This document shows positions 31,401 to 45,107 of a stretch of 63,538 bases of DNA, one piece after another. Source of the DNA: Chrysemys picta bellii (taxonomy: Eukaryota); the NCBI RefSeq assembly GCF_011386835.1, contig NC_088792.1, positions 287,246,463 through 287,310,000 of the forward strand, written 5' to 3'. The notes below the pieces were generated by a model. That model saw nothing but the letters and a program-made list of their open reading frames with translations. It did no database searches and was not told where the DNA came from. A program made the translations under genes and the position numbers. The first letter of the stretch is position 1. Each line of letters opens with the position of its first letter.

Positions 31401-33370
31401 GAGTTCAATCCTTGAGGGGGCGATTTGGGGCAAAAATCTTCTGGGATTGGTCCTACTTTGAGCAGGGGATTGGACTAGATGACCTCCTGAGGTCCCTTCC
31501 TATCCTGATATTCTAGGATTCTATAAAGCTAGAATTCAATTGTATGAGTGCGTGACATGCCAATATTGCTAGAAGATGGACCTTGAGAGTTAAAATGTTA
31601 ATTCAGCATGGTTTAGATGGGCATCTCAACCAGTCCCTGCGGTGTCTGTGACAAGGGTCAGCACGGAATGGGGGATAAGAGAACAGCCTCCCTTTTTGTA
31701 CAGTCTCTGGGTCTAGCCACTACATGAGCTTTCACAGGGTTTGAGGTGGGCCTCTGACGCTCTTGTTTGTGTGACATGAGCATGGGAAGCACACAGTAAG
31801 AGCCACATGTGAAGTCTGGCAAGCGGTATCACATATGTACACACCAGCATGCGGCCTAAGTCCCAGACTCGTACACACCATTGTTGGATTTAATTTTCGG
31901 GAGTTTGCGATTGGAGAGGCTAGAACCTGGCCCTGGGAGGTATGCTCCTGCCAATCGGGAGTGGATCATCGCTCATGCTGAGTCCTGCTTAGAAGAGGGA
32001 GAGGACATAGGCTGTGGTCTCCTGGGACCTGCCTCTGACCAGCAAGTCAGCAAGATGGGGATTTTCTACCTCCTTAAACGCACAACCAGGCATTTGGTGA
32101 ATACTTTCAATGCCATGCAGTGTGTGAAGGGCAGAACCCTGCTCCGGTAAGGGTTGGGCCTCACTGTGAATCTGAGGCACTTTCTGGAGGGGCCGGTTGA
32201 TGGCTATGTGGAAGTACTAGCAGATCGGACACTCACCAAGTTCTATCTCACTGCCATGGGCGATAAGAGAGAACAGAGGGAGGGTTGGGGCCGTTCCACC
32301 CTTTATGCCCTCGTTCAAGAGCATGCGGTCTGGGGCGCACCCATGGCCCCAACGGACTGCCGGTCTCATCCACATGAGGCGCTGTCGCACCTACAACAGC
32401 TCCCCAAGCATAGAACCCCCAGTGGCCACCTCCACCCCCCCATGGAAAAGGAGGCGGCAAAACACAATTAGGAAGGAGATTTTATTTTCCAGTGGCTGAG
32501 TGCATTGTAAACAGTGAAGAGTCAAACAGGAACCTGTGACCCTAACAGCCAACTGGCAAAGGGTGCACCCAACACAGTGTTGTCAGAATATTTAGCCAAG
32601 CTGTGCCTCGTAAGGTATCATATGAGAAGTGGTGACATGCTGGCCACTGAACCAAAGTGTAAACCCTGGAGATGATGGAAACCATTTCAAGCCAGAGGGG
32701 GGGTGCTGCAGCCCCTGCACTTGTGTGTAAAGAGGTATGTACATGTGCTGGAAACATTATCCTAACACAGGGTCAGACCAAGCAATCTGAGTAGAGCAAA
32801 TAAACACGTTTGTCCTAGACAAGGGAATGTGGATGTACCCGTCTGCCAGGGTTAAGTTCATAAGCCAGAGACAAGGAAAGTACATCTACAGTAAACACCG
32901 TGATCAAACCAATCGAAAGAGCTAATTCACAAGAGACTGAGGAAGGCAGCATGGCATCTGCCCACCAGCAGGGGAGACTAACGTTATCTAGGGATACACT
33001 TCAAACGACACATTTCAAAGGGCTACCAGACTATAAGGGGAGAGAACCCTTCGTTATCCAGCACTTAGGGCATGTCTACATGGTCATTCAACAGGCTAAG
33101 GGGCTGTTTAATTGCAGTGCAGACGTTCAGGCTCTGGCTGGGGCCCTGCAAGCAGGGAGGGTCCTAGAGCTCAGGCTCCAGCCCGAACATCTACACCACA
33201 ATTAAACAGCCTCTTAGCCCAAGCCTCATATGCCAAGTGGAGACACCCTCAGGGATATAGGGGTCAGCACCCTCTGCTTCTGTGAATGTTGGACCCTCTA
33301 GCCCAGTGGTGGTCGATCCTAGAGGCTCTCCCAGTCGATTGCCATCTCCGGTGGTGCAGCGTGGCTGCTG

Positions 33371-33915
33371 CTAAGGCAGGCTCCCTGCTAGGGTTACCAT
33401 ATTCAAACATTTAAAAACGAGGACACTCCACGGGGCCCCGGTCCCGCCCCAACTCCGCCCCTTCCCCGCCCCCACCCCAACCGCACCCCTTCTCCGCCCC
33501 CATTCCAACCCCTTCCCCAAAGTCCCTGCCCCAACTCTGCCCCCTCCTCTGAGCACCCCGCATTCCCCCTCCTCCCTCCCGCTCTGATCTTGGTTGGGGG
33601 TTGCTAAGTGCTTCCCTGCTCCCCACTCGCCCCACAGCCCCTGCAGCCTCTATGCCCTTGCCTGCCCTGCTCCTCCTCACCCTGCAGCCTCTGCACCCCC
33701 CCACCCCTGCAGCCTCTGTGCCCCCTGCTCCCCACTCGCCCTGCAGCCTCTGCACCCCCTGCCTGCCCTGCTCCTCCTCACCCTGCAGCCTCTGCACCCC
33801 CCAGCCCCTGCAGCCTCTGTGCCCCCTGCTCCCCACTCGCCCTGCAGCCTTGTGTTTCTGAAGACCCTGCAAGACCTCTCCTGGGATCTGCAGACAAAGC
33901 GGGATTGGGAGAAAT
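33371..33915. mobile_element. Non-autonomous DNA element with a pyrimidine-rich tandem interior
   Basis: Starts 'tagggttaccatattc' and contains about 60-90-bp repeats of 'ccctgcagcctctg...ccccactcgc'. The boundaries are approximate. Confidence 0.45.
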
Positions 33916-35689
33916 AACGGGTTTGAGTCATACTCAAAGATCCATCTGTAAGAGGTCGGTTTGTATTCTTAAACTTACAACTGAAGATTAAACTGCTGTT
34001 CCTGCAAGGCGCTCTGTGCAGAACCCCACTGGGAGCCCCCTGGCCACAGCTCATTTCAGGATTAGATCATAAATTTCCCCAGTTTAGATGCAGCCCATGG
34101 GGTTTCTTGTACCTCCTCTGAAGCAGCTGACACTGGCCACCATTGGCCAGGATACAGAACAAGTCCTGATCCGATACAATTACTGAGAGCCTACAAATTA
34201 GCTATAAGCCAAAGAGAATTAATAGCCCTAGACTTTAAGCAGAGAATTTCCTAATCAATGTCTGTGATGAGAGTTTGATTCTGCTTAGGATGAATCTGCT
34301 GTTTCTTAAACAACTCTGTTCATGACGCATGAGCCCAGAATAGAATCCAGCTCATTCTCCCATAGCTGGGATGGCTCTGCACTACAAACACCCCCTTATT
34401 TTAGGCATTAAAGTCAGAAGGTGCGACTCCAAAGACACGCAGTGATCAGGTCTATTGAGGAAAGTGCCGTTTTCACAGAAAAACTCTGGGAGGGACAACA
34501 TAAGGAGATAATGCCTTTCCAAAACACACGGTAGAGACGGCAGAAGAACAGCACCCGAGGACAGCTGCAGATCCCAACACTTAAGCCCCACTGTTAGTAG
34601 AGTAAAACTAGGCAGAGCCTTGCTGGATCTCTGCCCCCATCAACGCCTCCCCTTGCATTTCAAATTGGATCAGAAAAATCTCCTTCCCGTCTGCGCAGGT
34701 CCTGTTTGGGGATGTTTGCCATACCTGTTGGAGCTGGACTGCCCTGTAGCTATTGCCCTGCACAGCAAAACCATCATTCAAAAAGGATTAGACAATTAAA
34801 CAGAAACGCCCAGGCCCTAATAGTGGCCAGGTCTTTGTGCAGGTTAATTTGGGCTTGCATAGGTGCAGTTTGCTGCTGGCCGGGACGATGCAGGCAGGGC
34901 AGCTCACCGGCTGGATCGACGCAGGTCACTGAGGAGAAAGTGCAGCTTCTCGGTCACAGCAACCTGCGAACAGAGGGGGAGACGGGAGGAAACCGGTCAG
35001 TGGTTTGATGTAAGATGCCGCTCTTATTCTCCCATCACAGACTGTGAGGGAAGGAGCCTTGTATGATTGGGATGAAGGCTCCCGACTTGTCAGAGGCCCC
35101 AGACGATGGGCAGAGAAGAACAGAAGGAAAAGGTCGGATATCTAATCAGAACGGGCGCCTCCATGGTGGCTCTCATCACAAAGCAATGAACACACTCTAG
35201 CCAGGAAACATTTCATCCCCCAGCGAAATGCAGCCACCTCTGCAGTGGAACGGGAAAGCCATTTAACAGCACATAGCAGTGCTGTGCAGAAGAAATCCTG
35301 CACGAGCTGAAACTGCAAAGCGTGTTTAGGGAGACAGAATGGAGAATGCAGCCAGGATTAACTCCTGCAAAAAGTGCCAGGGGGTCTTTAATGATCACAG
35401 GTTGTCAGGACCTCAGTTTTACTTCCCCTCTGAAAGATGCCACCGCAGAGGCACACCGCCCAGGGGTGCATCCTTGAACGGGGGCAGCACATCGCCCCCT
35501 AGTGCTGCAAGAGGGCATTACAGAAAGCACTGACAGGAGAGAACATCTACTCAGCCACACACGTCGCTCCCTGACACGTAGCCCTCTTGAGTATTGCGCG
35601 GACAGCAGGGTCAGAAGGAAGAGCACCACCTGGAGCCCCTGGGTGCTCCTTGGAAGTACTCATCAGGCCTGTCCCTGCAAGGCGTGATC

Positions 35690-35860
35690 CCAGGTCGAGG
35701 TGGAAGAGCTCAGCTCAAGGACGCCCTGCCGTTGGCGATGGCCTCTGCACAGCCAGTTGGCTCACGTACCTGGTAAGGCTCCGGGTCCTGGAGTCTCTTG
35801 TGCGCAGGGCTGAGCATGCTCAAAGAGGCGTGCGCGTGGCTCTTGATTTCCAGCAGGCCG
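35690..35860 (-). CDS. NAPRT: NAPRT 3' exon(s) (..LLEIKSHAHASLSMLSPAHKRLQDPEPYQV..; LSLSCCPALSSLNRL..)
   Basis: Resembles the NAPRT C-terminus 'L.E.R..AQ.SLS.LSPEHRRL..P..YQV'. Exon limits are uncertain. Confidence 0.6.
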
Positions 35861-37274
35861 GGAAGAACCTGGCAAACCTGCTTGGAAGGGGGGAGGAGGA
35901 CAGAAGGACGAAGGTTTGTATTAGAAGCAAGAGCTGGGCCTGAGCAGGACAGGGGTCTGGATCGAAGATGAGGCTGAGTTTGGGGGAGTTCAGAGCTGGG
36001 GTTTGCTTCTCCCCACATCTAAGATTGACTGTTACGACACTGCAATGGCACGATAAGAAGCGGTAAGTGTAAAGCGCCTCGTACACATTAATCCTCAAAG
36101 CCCTTCTCCCCCAAGAAGGTATTATCCCCACTGAGGGGGGAAACTGAGGCCCAGCGAAGGGAAGTGACTTGCCCAAGGTCACCCAGCAAGCCAGAGGCAG
36201 AGCAGAAGAGAGAACCCAGGACTAAACCTACCAACAGCATAGATGCCGCGGAAAGTGAGTCATGAACAAACCCCCTAAGCTGTGCTGCTAATGAGAAAGT
36301 CCTAGCTGGGGGATCCCACTGAGCCACTTTTGCCTGGCTGCTATCCTCCCACAAACGAGAGGTCACCTGCCTTCCCCCAAACATGTGCTGCCTTCCAAAC
36401 CAGAGCATGGGATCTGCTGTGAAGAAGGCCCTACCCACAGCTCAGTAGGGGCCAGTCAGCTCAGTTTGCCTGCAAGGCTCTCAACAGCCAGAAAACGAAT
36501 ACACACAAGATTCAAACATATTCGCAGTTCCCCAGGGCACCTGATTCCTGATCAGCAGAACCACTTCCCGCTGGGAACCGCCTGGGTGCTGCCAGAGGCG
36601 CAGCTCACGAGCCAGGAGGAGAGTGGACTGAGCTGTTGACTTTCCTGCACTCTCCCTTTCATCCAGGTGACTCCCAAAGGCCTATTCGGATGTTTACTCT
36701 CTGTAGGAACTCCATAGACAGCTTCCCATCCAAAAGCAGCCACTTCTGGGGCGGAAGGTGGCAGCTGTCTGACTGCGCAAAGCAACACTACCCAACAGCG
36801 TAGGGCAGGAAGCGATAATTACACTCAGTTGAAAATGGAGAGGTGGGGGGTCTAGGTGAAGGTAATGTGAACACCCAGGTTTAACCCCTGGACTCCTGCA
36901 ATTTGTGCCAAGCGGACAGTACCGTGGTTTTCTCCCCCCTCTGACAGATGATACAGCACCCCTAATATCTTGCTGGGGCAGTACTGATTTGAAGGAAACC
37001 GCGCCACCACCCTGCACTACTCTAAGACTTCTCTAGAGGTTTCTCATTCAAGTACTGGCCTAAGAGGCAGCCTGCTTAGCACCAGAGTGTCAATGGGATC
37101 ACAGCTGGAGGAGTCACGGCGGCAGGGGAGCCAAGGAATCAGCTAGGCCGAGAGAAACGCTTGCAACATGGTCAAAGAAGCAGCAGCCCAGAGGCTTGCA
37201 AGGAGGGAGGGGCGCATGCCTTTTCTGACCTGTCCATCTTTAAAGTAAGTGCGGTGCAGGATTTCCACGGCCGT

Positions 37275-37376
37275 GGGAGTCACCCTCCTGGCCTCCTCAC
37301 TCCTTCCCAGCAAGCGGACAGCCACCTCCTGCCCTGCCCTGGGTGGGGGCTCCTCCTCCAATGCCATGAGATCCAT
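37275..37376 (-). CDS. NAPRT: NAPRT exon (MDLMALEEEPPPRAGQEVAVRLLGRSEEARRVTPTAVEILHRTYFKDGQ)
   Basis: Resembles the NAPRT 'MD.L.L.EEP.P.AGQEL.V......E...V.P..VE.L.......GQ' motif. The lower boundary is probably about 37228. Confidence 0.75.
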
Positions 37377-38489
37377 AAAGGCAAGACCTGCCAGGAATCG
37401 GAGGCAGACGTTAGCCGCCCGGGTTAGGGGTGGGAGCGCGCTGGGGTTCAGAGCAATGCTGCCCCTCGTCGGGGAGCTGTGCCAGTTTAGATCCAGACCG
37501 AGACCGTGGCTTCATCAGCCGGTGCCCACAGTCTGAATGTGAGCCAATCTCCCTGGCAGGCGCACGGCTGAGCCGTGGGGGAGAGAGGTTATAAGCAGGG
37601 GATGTTGCAGGATCTCCTCATTCAGGTGGGGGGAGGAAGGGGGCTACATTGCTGCAAAGGTCAATGGTCCCAGCTCTGGGAGGCAGAACACGCGCCGGGA
37701 ACAGCAGCTTTTCCGGACGAGCCTCTGGGGATCCCACACCTACAGCTGCCCTCGGCCACAGGCTCCGGGAACACCTGGTGCTTTTAGAAACTGAGCAAAC
37801 AGCAAAGACAGGGGCTGCTCAGCCCAGGGGGCAGGGAGAGAGGAGGGGGTGCTGCGAAGCCAGAGGACTTTACCCTGGCCCGCGGAGTGCTGGGAGAAAT
37901 CCCAGCGCAGCAGAATTCCCCTAGGGAACGGGAGCCCCAGCCCCAAGGCCAGAGGGAAACACGCAGGCGTCTAGGTTAGATCTGGGCTGCGACAGGGAAA
38001 CACTGAGCTCAGGAGCTGTTCCACTTTGGTCGACGTCCCTGGAGGCTGATGTTCTTAGGCACAGCCTGGCTAGCAAGGCAGGTTTCCCTGCAGCACCGTA
38101 CTCTCAGCCCTGAGCAGGGAAGACCCACATCCAGGGGGAAGGGCCAGTCGATCCTGGGCATTCCGCTGGGACTGCCAGCAAGGGGGCTAGTATGGTTGAT
38201 GGGGAGTTTTAAAGAGACCCTTTCATTAGTTGCCAATTCGGTTCCACGTGGTAACGGCCAGACTCAAACCAGGGACCCAAAGCGATGGCCACCTATCCCA
38301 GCTCCAATCCTGCCCCCCTAAATCCGGAGCCAGGACTCGGGCGTGCGAGCTGTGTATGTTTAAGACACGGTGTCTCAGGTCTCTGGGGGAGCAATCTTTA
38401 TACAGCCAGGCCTGTATTCCCAGGATGTTGTTCTCATTTTGCAGGGCGAGCACTGGGTCAATGTCTCACCAGTGGCATCAGAGAGCCTG

Positions 38490-38575
38490 TACACCACCTT
38501 GCTCCCCGGGATGGTCATCTTCTCTTCGTCTTCAGTCAGCTTCAGCTTGGGGCAGCCGTGCACCTTCACCAGCTA
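38490..38575 (-). CDS. NAPRT: NAPRT exon ([30 protein letters not shown])
   Basis: Matches the NAPRT 'LV.V.G.PRMKL.ED.EK.T.PG.K...RL' motif. Boundaries are approximate. Confidence 0.85.
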
Positions 38576-39792
38576 CAGGAGGAAAGAGCAAAGATGAAAA
38601 GCTCCTCAGTGCCTACCACACTTGTACGCAGGGCCGTCCCTACCTACGGTGGTGCCCTACACTGCTTCCCCTGTGGGGGGGCACGCTCAAGGGCTGCAGG
38701 GCTGTGGGGGCAGGAGCTGTGGGGGGCAGCAGCAGGGTAGGGAGGGGCCCAGGGCAACATGGGGGATTAGTGGGGGGCCTGGTGCCGGCAGCAGGAGTCG
38801 GGCCTGCCCCCCCGCACTCACCGATGGCAGCGGGAAGCAGAGCGACCCGACCCCAGCCTGCTCCGCTCCCCCAGCTCCCAGCCCTGTCGCTTGGAGGAAG
38901 GGGTCAGGCCCGCCCCCGCACTCACCAGCGGCAGCCCAAGTCCAGTGCAATACAGAAGCAAACAGGATAAGAGGCAAAATGTAAACGAGAATTTATAAAT
39001 GGTTTCAGCTTTAATCACCTAGTGTTAATGACAGAACAGAGGTGTGTGTGTATATACAGATATATATATTCTCAGTTTACCCTAGCATAACTCCACTGCC
39101 TTGGGCATAAACTGGCTATGAATAAACTGAGGCTGGAAATGAAAAGAAAGTTTCTAATCTTCAGAGGAGTGAGGCTTTGGAACAGCCTGCCAACAGGAGT
39201 AACGGGGCCAAGAACCTAACTGCTTTTAAGATGGAGATTGATAGATTTGTGAACAGGATTATCTGAGAGGGTTGCCTGTGATAGCAGGGAGCTGGACCCA
39301 GTGATCAGGAGGGACCTTTCAGGCCGATGCACTATGGTCTTTACTCTGGATTTAAACCCATGTAAATGAGAGGAGAATCAGGCCCATGATTTTTAACCTG
39401 GCAGTGTCTCTTTAGTCGCGTCAACAGGATATCCACCAAAATAATTCCAGCGAATCACAACACTGAACTCACACAGAGCTTTTCATCCAAACATCTACAG
39501 CCGCTGATACTATCACACTTTGCATACTTTGCATACAGTGAGCCAATGGCAAAATTAGGAGGAGAGCCCAGCTCTGACGCCCAGTTCCCCTTTCTAAGCT
39601 CTGGGCCACGGGGCCTCTTTCCAGTCCCTATTAACGAACGTGGAAGAGGAGTCAAGCTATTTGAGAAAACGGCAACACCCCCCTCGATCACCCAATAAAC
39701 CCAGACAAGCATTGCAGCCTTAATGGTTGTTAATCATTGTTGCTAGTTTCGTCAAGAAGCTGCAGGTTGGTGCAATTGCTAGGTTTGCACTG

Positions 39793-39794
<2 letters not shown>

Positions 39795-39839
<45 letters not shown>

Positions 39840-39851
39840 GAGAGAGAGAGA
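39795..39851 (+). repeat. Compound microsatellite (GT)n(AT)n(AG)n
   Basis: Seen directly in the sequence. Confidence 0.9.
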
Positions 39852-41375
39852 GTAACAGAGCTGTGGATGGGCTCCTGTTGGACTATCCCAGCCAGGAGGT
39901 TACCTTGTAAACACAGCCCAGAGAGGGCTGCAGCGGGCACGTCACCAGATTGGTCCCAATTCCGATCATGTCAATTTCATTCCCCTAGAAGAGGAGACAG
40001 ATGACAAGGAGTTGCTATTACCCTTATTACTTGTTGGCTGCATCGCGGCAGTGTCTAGCAGCCTCAGTCCTGCCTGGCCCAGGACCCCACTGCGCTAGGT
40101 GCTGTACTAACTTGCCCTGAAGAGATTACAACCTCTGCCCCTTGCTAGCACCTTCCCTCTGAGGATCTCGAGTTCTTTACAGACATCAGCCAAGCCCCAC
40201 GACACCCCTGGGCAGGGGGAGTTCAATGCTAAAGGCCACACAATGAGTCAGTGGCAGAGCTGGGAGTCAAACCCAGGAGTCCCAGACCCCCCTGCCCTGC
40301 TCTAACCACTGGACAATTCTTTCTCCCTTGTGCTGTATGAAGAGCCTCCCTCCACCAGCTGGCATGGGGCTGGGACACGGCTCACAAAGGTAGCACCCAA
40401 TAGCGAAAGCTCCCCGCTGAGGAAAACCCCTCGGATGAAGGGGACAGAACCCCCATCATCTTCCTGCCCAAGTCCTGGACCAGCCACCTCTGCCCTCCCT
40501 TCTGTGATCACAGGGTCTCTGGCTGTTCCCCATCTTTGGGAACATGGTCATTGAATAGGAACACGGTATGTCTGGCCCCAGAGGGCTCCCCATTGGGTTC
40601 CCAGAAGGGCACAGGCAGGAATAGCGGTTCCCACTTGGGAGCAGAGCCTTGGGCCACTAGCCTGGTAGTCGTGGAGAGTGGCAAAGCCTGACGCTCCAGA
40701 GGATGGCAGACTCCCACCCCAAAGCCGCTGCTGGCCAATGGGGAACGTCCTGCAATCTACTGATGCCCCGAACCAAGAGGCCTGATTAATCTCTCTTCCC
40801 TTGCATAGCTCCAAGTTCTTCCCTGATGGTGGGGAAGGCCACAGGCTGGTCGCAATCAGGGAGCAGCACATGCCCACCTGGACAGCTCATGGGAACACGC
40901 AGATTAAGGGTTTGTCTGCCTGTAGGTAACCAGGTGCCCAAGTGTTTGTCCACCTGCCCGGCTAAGAACCCTCCCGTTCCCCCGTGTCTGAAGGCAGCAG
41001 ATTCAGTCTCTTCGCTCCTCAGGCTTGTCTACACACACAGTTATTCCAGAATAGCGATTCCGGATTAACACCACGTGTGGATGCTCTTATTCCAAGCGCC
41101 TTATTCCAAATTAGCTGAATCCATTTGTCAAATGGATTAAATTAATTCAGAATAAGAGCAACTACACATGGAGTTAATCAGGAATAGTTAATCCACTTAA
41201 ATTCACACCCTGCCTTAGTCCAGATTAATGGTCATGTGTAGACAAGCCCCTAGACAGTTTCCCAAACAAGCTGTAGCTTGAACCACCACCTCCAAGAGGC
41301 CGGTTAGAACTAGGACCATCTTACCTCCTGCATTAACTCCTCCAGGTTCCTTTCACTGATGTCATTGCTCACAGC

Positions 41376-41470
41376 AATGGGGATGGTCGCAAACCAGGGA
41401 ACCTGGAAGCTGGACACAATGGAAGTGAGTCGCTATAAACGGCTGCAGGATTCTTACAAGGGACAGGTGC
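41376..41470 (-). CDS. NAPRT: NAPRT exon 8 (..FQVPWFATIPIAVSNDISE..)
   Basis: The minus strand 'ttccaggttccctggtttgcgaccatccccattgctgtgagcaatgacatcagtgaa' translates to FQVPWFATIPIAVSNDISE, matching the NAPRT 'FQVPW.....I.VSN.I.E' motif. Boundaries are approximate. Confidence 0.75.
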
Positions 41471-42257
41471 CCCAGCATTGAGCTTACGGCACAGGTTGGT
41501 TGAAGCTTTGCTAGATCTGAATCCCGGAGGGTGGATGAGTGTGTGTGTCCCCATCGCGGCTCTCAGCCCAGCCAGAAATCTGGACAGTTTGCTCAGTTTA
41601 TAAAAGTGCCCCCCCCCCCCCCCCCCGCAACCTGGGCACCCTGGAAACTGCCCCAGGGATCTGAGAGTCAAGCTGGGCTCTTTTGGGTTTGTGCAGCATC
41701 ACCAATCACAAAGAAGCTGCAGGCCAAATTTTGCTTTCAGTGGCATCTGCGCAACCCCATCGTCTTTCATGGGGTCCCACTGAGGGTGGAGAACTTGACT
41801 CCGTGACCGGGAATCAGTGAACAATTCTTAGTGAAACATAAGCCATAAGGGAATCCAGCTCCCTTGTTCCTGCAGTGCCATCATCATCAGCCTAATCTTT
41901 TATTACTAGGTTTGGTAACTTCCAAATCTCCTGGATGCTTTTAAAACATAAGAGAAAGGCGCTGTCTCTGCCGTGCAGCGCTTATAAACTATGGCTGGGC
42001 TGGGCGCGGTAAGGCAGTTAGGGGGTCCAATTCTTGAAAATCCAGCCCAGAAGACAGACAGACCGACCGACCGACCCTCCTTTTGGTTGGGTAAGATCTG
42101 ACTGCTCAGCTGACTCTTACACATGGCGAATAAGGAGGGGCCATCGTCCAGGGTCAGTAACTGCCCCCACATAGGAGGCCCCCGTGCAAAGTCTAGGTAA
42201 AGGACTCTGCGTCCCAGCAGAGGGGTAATAGCGTCTGCTTAGCAGCATGGCACTCAC

Positions 42258-42397
42258 TCAGCACTGCAGGTCCGGAGCACCTGGCGAATCTCCCTCGCCT
42301 GCTTGCCGAGGTCTCCGCTGTCCACGCGAATCCCTACCGTGCGGTATCCCAGCTGGTTCAACGCCAGCGCCACGGCGCAGAAGTTTGGGATGCCACT
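42258..42397 (-). CDS. NAPRT: NAPRT exon 7 ([47 protein letters not shown])
   Basis: Contains the conserved SG.PNF.AVALAL..LGYR.VG.R.DSGDL motif, with a gtgagt donor. Confidence 0.92.
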
Positions 42398-42968
42398 CCT
42401 GCCAACAGTAAGGAGGAGGATGGGTCTGGCTGGCAAAAAGGCCTGGGAACGCCGCCCTCTGTGACACGGAGCGGCAGAGATGGGCCAAGCAGGCTGTGTT
42501 CAGGTCAGGGGCAGGAGGCGATTCGAGGTTCCACATCCAGGTCAAGGCAAGGACAAAGAGGAGAGCAGGAGAGAGGGATTCCCCGGGGCAGTCAGTACCA
42601 GAGGCTCTGCAGCATCGTCAGAGCTGTCCTATCCCCAGCGTGTGGGAATGGAGGACCGCCCGCCATGCACAAGACACGGAACACACGGGAGGGGTCCCAG
42701 CTGGGTTCTAAGACATCGTCTCAGAGATCCTGCATTTAACCAGCTGCCCTGGCATTGCTCCCCCCTGCCGGCTTCTTAACCCCACATACACTTTAGATAT
42801 AAACCCACAGCCCATTTGGACCCAATCTGACCCTGTTCACCATCTCTGCTCCCGCAGTCGATGGGACATCACTTACATCGGTCACCGTGGAATCCAGGTG
42901 CCGTGCAACAATCACGAAGCATCGAGCATGCTCGGAAAAGGCCACCGCCGCCCCTCGGCTCCTCACCC

Positions 42969-43160
42969 CATGATGGAGTAAGTGTCCACCAGCCCTTGGA
43001 AGTTGTGGGGGAAGGCGATGGCGTACGACACGAAGGCAGCCAGCTCCCCGTGGTTCACTCTGTCGTGGGGGACCCGCAGCGTCTGGCACACTCGCCTCAG
43101 CCACGACTCAGCAAGGGGCAGGAAATCCACCGGCTCATCTCCGTCCAGGGGCTTCAGGGT
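42969..43160 (-). CDS. NAPRT: NAPRT exon 6 (TLKPLDGDEPVDFLPLAESWLRRVCQTLRVPHDRVNHGELAAFVSYAIAFPHNFQGLVDTYSIM)
   Basis: Contains the conserved H.GE.AAFV.YA.AFP..FQGL.DTYS motif, with a donor near 42968. Confidence 0.9.
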
Positions 43161-43799
43161 CTGCATGGGAAACATGGTACCAATCGCATCATCTACAATG
43201 CCCGCTTTCGGTAGGGCCTGTAAAAACACATCTCGAGATTCCTCAGCCCCCTGCTGGCTCTGAAGCAGCAGCTCCGTAGAGATAATTCCTAAATGCAGGC
43301 AATAATGATGCCCAAAGACCATTCAGCTATGTCCAAGTGCCCAAACTGAGGGGGCTGGTGGCCGCTGCCAGGAGCCCAGGGGGTGTTCCTGAGCTGCGTG
43401 AAGCTAGCAAGACTGTGACCACTGTCGGTTTTTCAAGCCACAGGTGGTGCCCCAGGGACACTACAAATCCCAGCATGCAATGCTCCGAGGAGGCAGCGGG
43501 ATGGTGCTCTGCAAGGGTCTAGTGTGCTCCGATGACATGCCCATCACCCGAGCAACGATAGCGGTGCATTCCCATAGCACGCGTCAGGGTAGCATCTAGG
43601 CACAAACACCACGGTTAGGCGGACAACTACGGGGAGCAGGATGGAACCATCCGGGTGGGGAGAACTGAAGCTGAATAGCTCCTAAGAGAAGGGGTGAGAG
43701 CCCCAGACTACAGCACAGGCCTCCGCCCCCTCTCATCGCCGTGCGAAGTTATTAAACGAATCCATCCTCACCCCCTGCCCCCCCCGGCAGGGACACGAA

Positions 43800-43917
43800 C
43801 CCGGGGCTGCACCTCCGCCAGCGACGAGAAGGACATGATGTAGGAATGGGCCACGGTTCCCCGCACCGGAACCCCGTACAGCTTCCCTGCCAGCACGTTG
43901 CTGGTCCAATCGAAGCC
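43800..43917 (-). CDS. NAPRT: NAPRT exon 5 ([39 protein letters not shown])
   Basis: Contains the conserved GFD..SNVLAG.L.G.PV.GT.AHS motif. Confidence 0.92.
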
Positions 43918-44041
43918 TGGAACGGAGAGATCGGGGGCACGTGGGCGAGGGGAACTCAGCCCGAACGGGAGCAAAGGGGACAGGGAATGCCCTGCTGCGA
44001 GGAGCTGGCACGCCGACCTGGCTCCTGGGCTAAGCTCACCC

Positions 44042-44172
44042 CCTATGTAGGAGTACTTGGATGCAGAAAGGCCCCCATCCGGGCCCTGGGCACGTCGCAG
44101 CCCCAACTCCAGCAGCTTCTTGTCTGGGCCAGCGAGCATGCGGAACCGGGCAGCGTTAGTGGCCACAAGGCT
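44042..44172 (-). CDS. NAPRT: NAPRT exon 4 ([44 protein letters not shown])
   Basis: Contains the conserved ATNAAR.R..AG and [20 protein letters not shown] motifs, with a gtgagc donor. Confidence 0.92.
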
Positions 44173-45022
44173 GGAAAAGGAAAAACCCAAATATTCCCTG
44201 AACGCCGACCCTGGCTGGACACCAAGCAAGGCCCAGGAAGGGTCAGGCCCCACGCCCATGAGCTCCCTGCTGACAGGGGCAGATGACACAGGGACACATG
44301 CTGGGAGGCTCAGAGGGCGGATCAGTTTGACCAGACCATGTGGGAGCCAGAGGGCCGTGACTGGAGCTGCGGACGGATCAGGTTGGAGGATCTGAGTTAC
44401 AGGGGGAGTAATGTGGAGCCAAGCACCAGGCAGCCCACCTGGGGGTCAGGACGAGGAGGGTGCGGTGGGGGAGAGGGACAGGGCTCCAGCTGTCAGGGGC
44501 GGGGAGGGCGAGATGGATGAGGAGACCCGAGGGGACACACGGGAGACTTTGGAGCACCACAGCCAATGGGAGCGGGAAGAGCAGAGACGCAGCCGGGGAT
44601 CAGCGCACAGACACCTGCGCCGCCCTTGTGCGGGGCAGGAAATGTTCACAAGTGGCTGGAACCCTTCATCTAACACCCAGCATGTGCCGCCCCCAAGGGA
44701 CCCCCACCGAGTGCATCGCCCCAGTGCCCAGGGGCCCCAGCAGCCCCACCCAGCACATGCCACCCCGGGGGGCCCTACAGCCCCACCCAGCACGTGCCGC
44801 TCCAGGGGCTCCTGCAGACCCAGGGGCTCCTGCAGCTCCACCCAGCACATGCCGCACCCAAGGGACCCTACAGCCCCCACTGCATTGCCCCAGTGCCCAG
44901 GGGACCCTACAGCCCCCACCCAGCGTGTGTCGCGGCAGGGCCCTGGGGACCCTACAACAAACCAGCAGGTGCCGCCCTGGGGATGCTACACTCACAAAGT
45001 TGTGTGTCCCGGGGCCTCTCAC

Positions 45023-45107
45023 CTGGCGTAGTTGACCAGACACAGCAGCGTGGTCTCCAGGATCTGCACCACCAGCAGCGGCCCCTTCACTTGCAATAGC
45101 GGAACCT
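45023..45107 (-). CDS. NAPRT: NAPRT exon 3 (VPLLQVKGPLLVVQILETTLLCLVNYA)
   Basis: Matches the NAPRT VPLLQV.GPLL.VQLLET.LL.LV.YAS motif, with a CAG acceptor and a gtgaga donor. Confidence 0.85.
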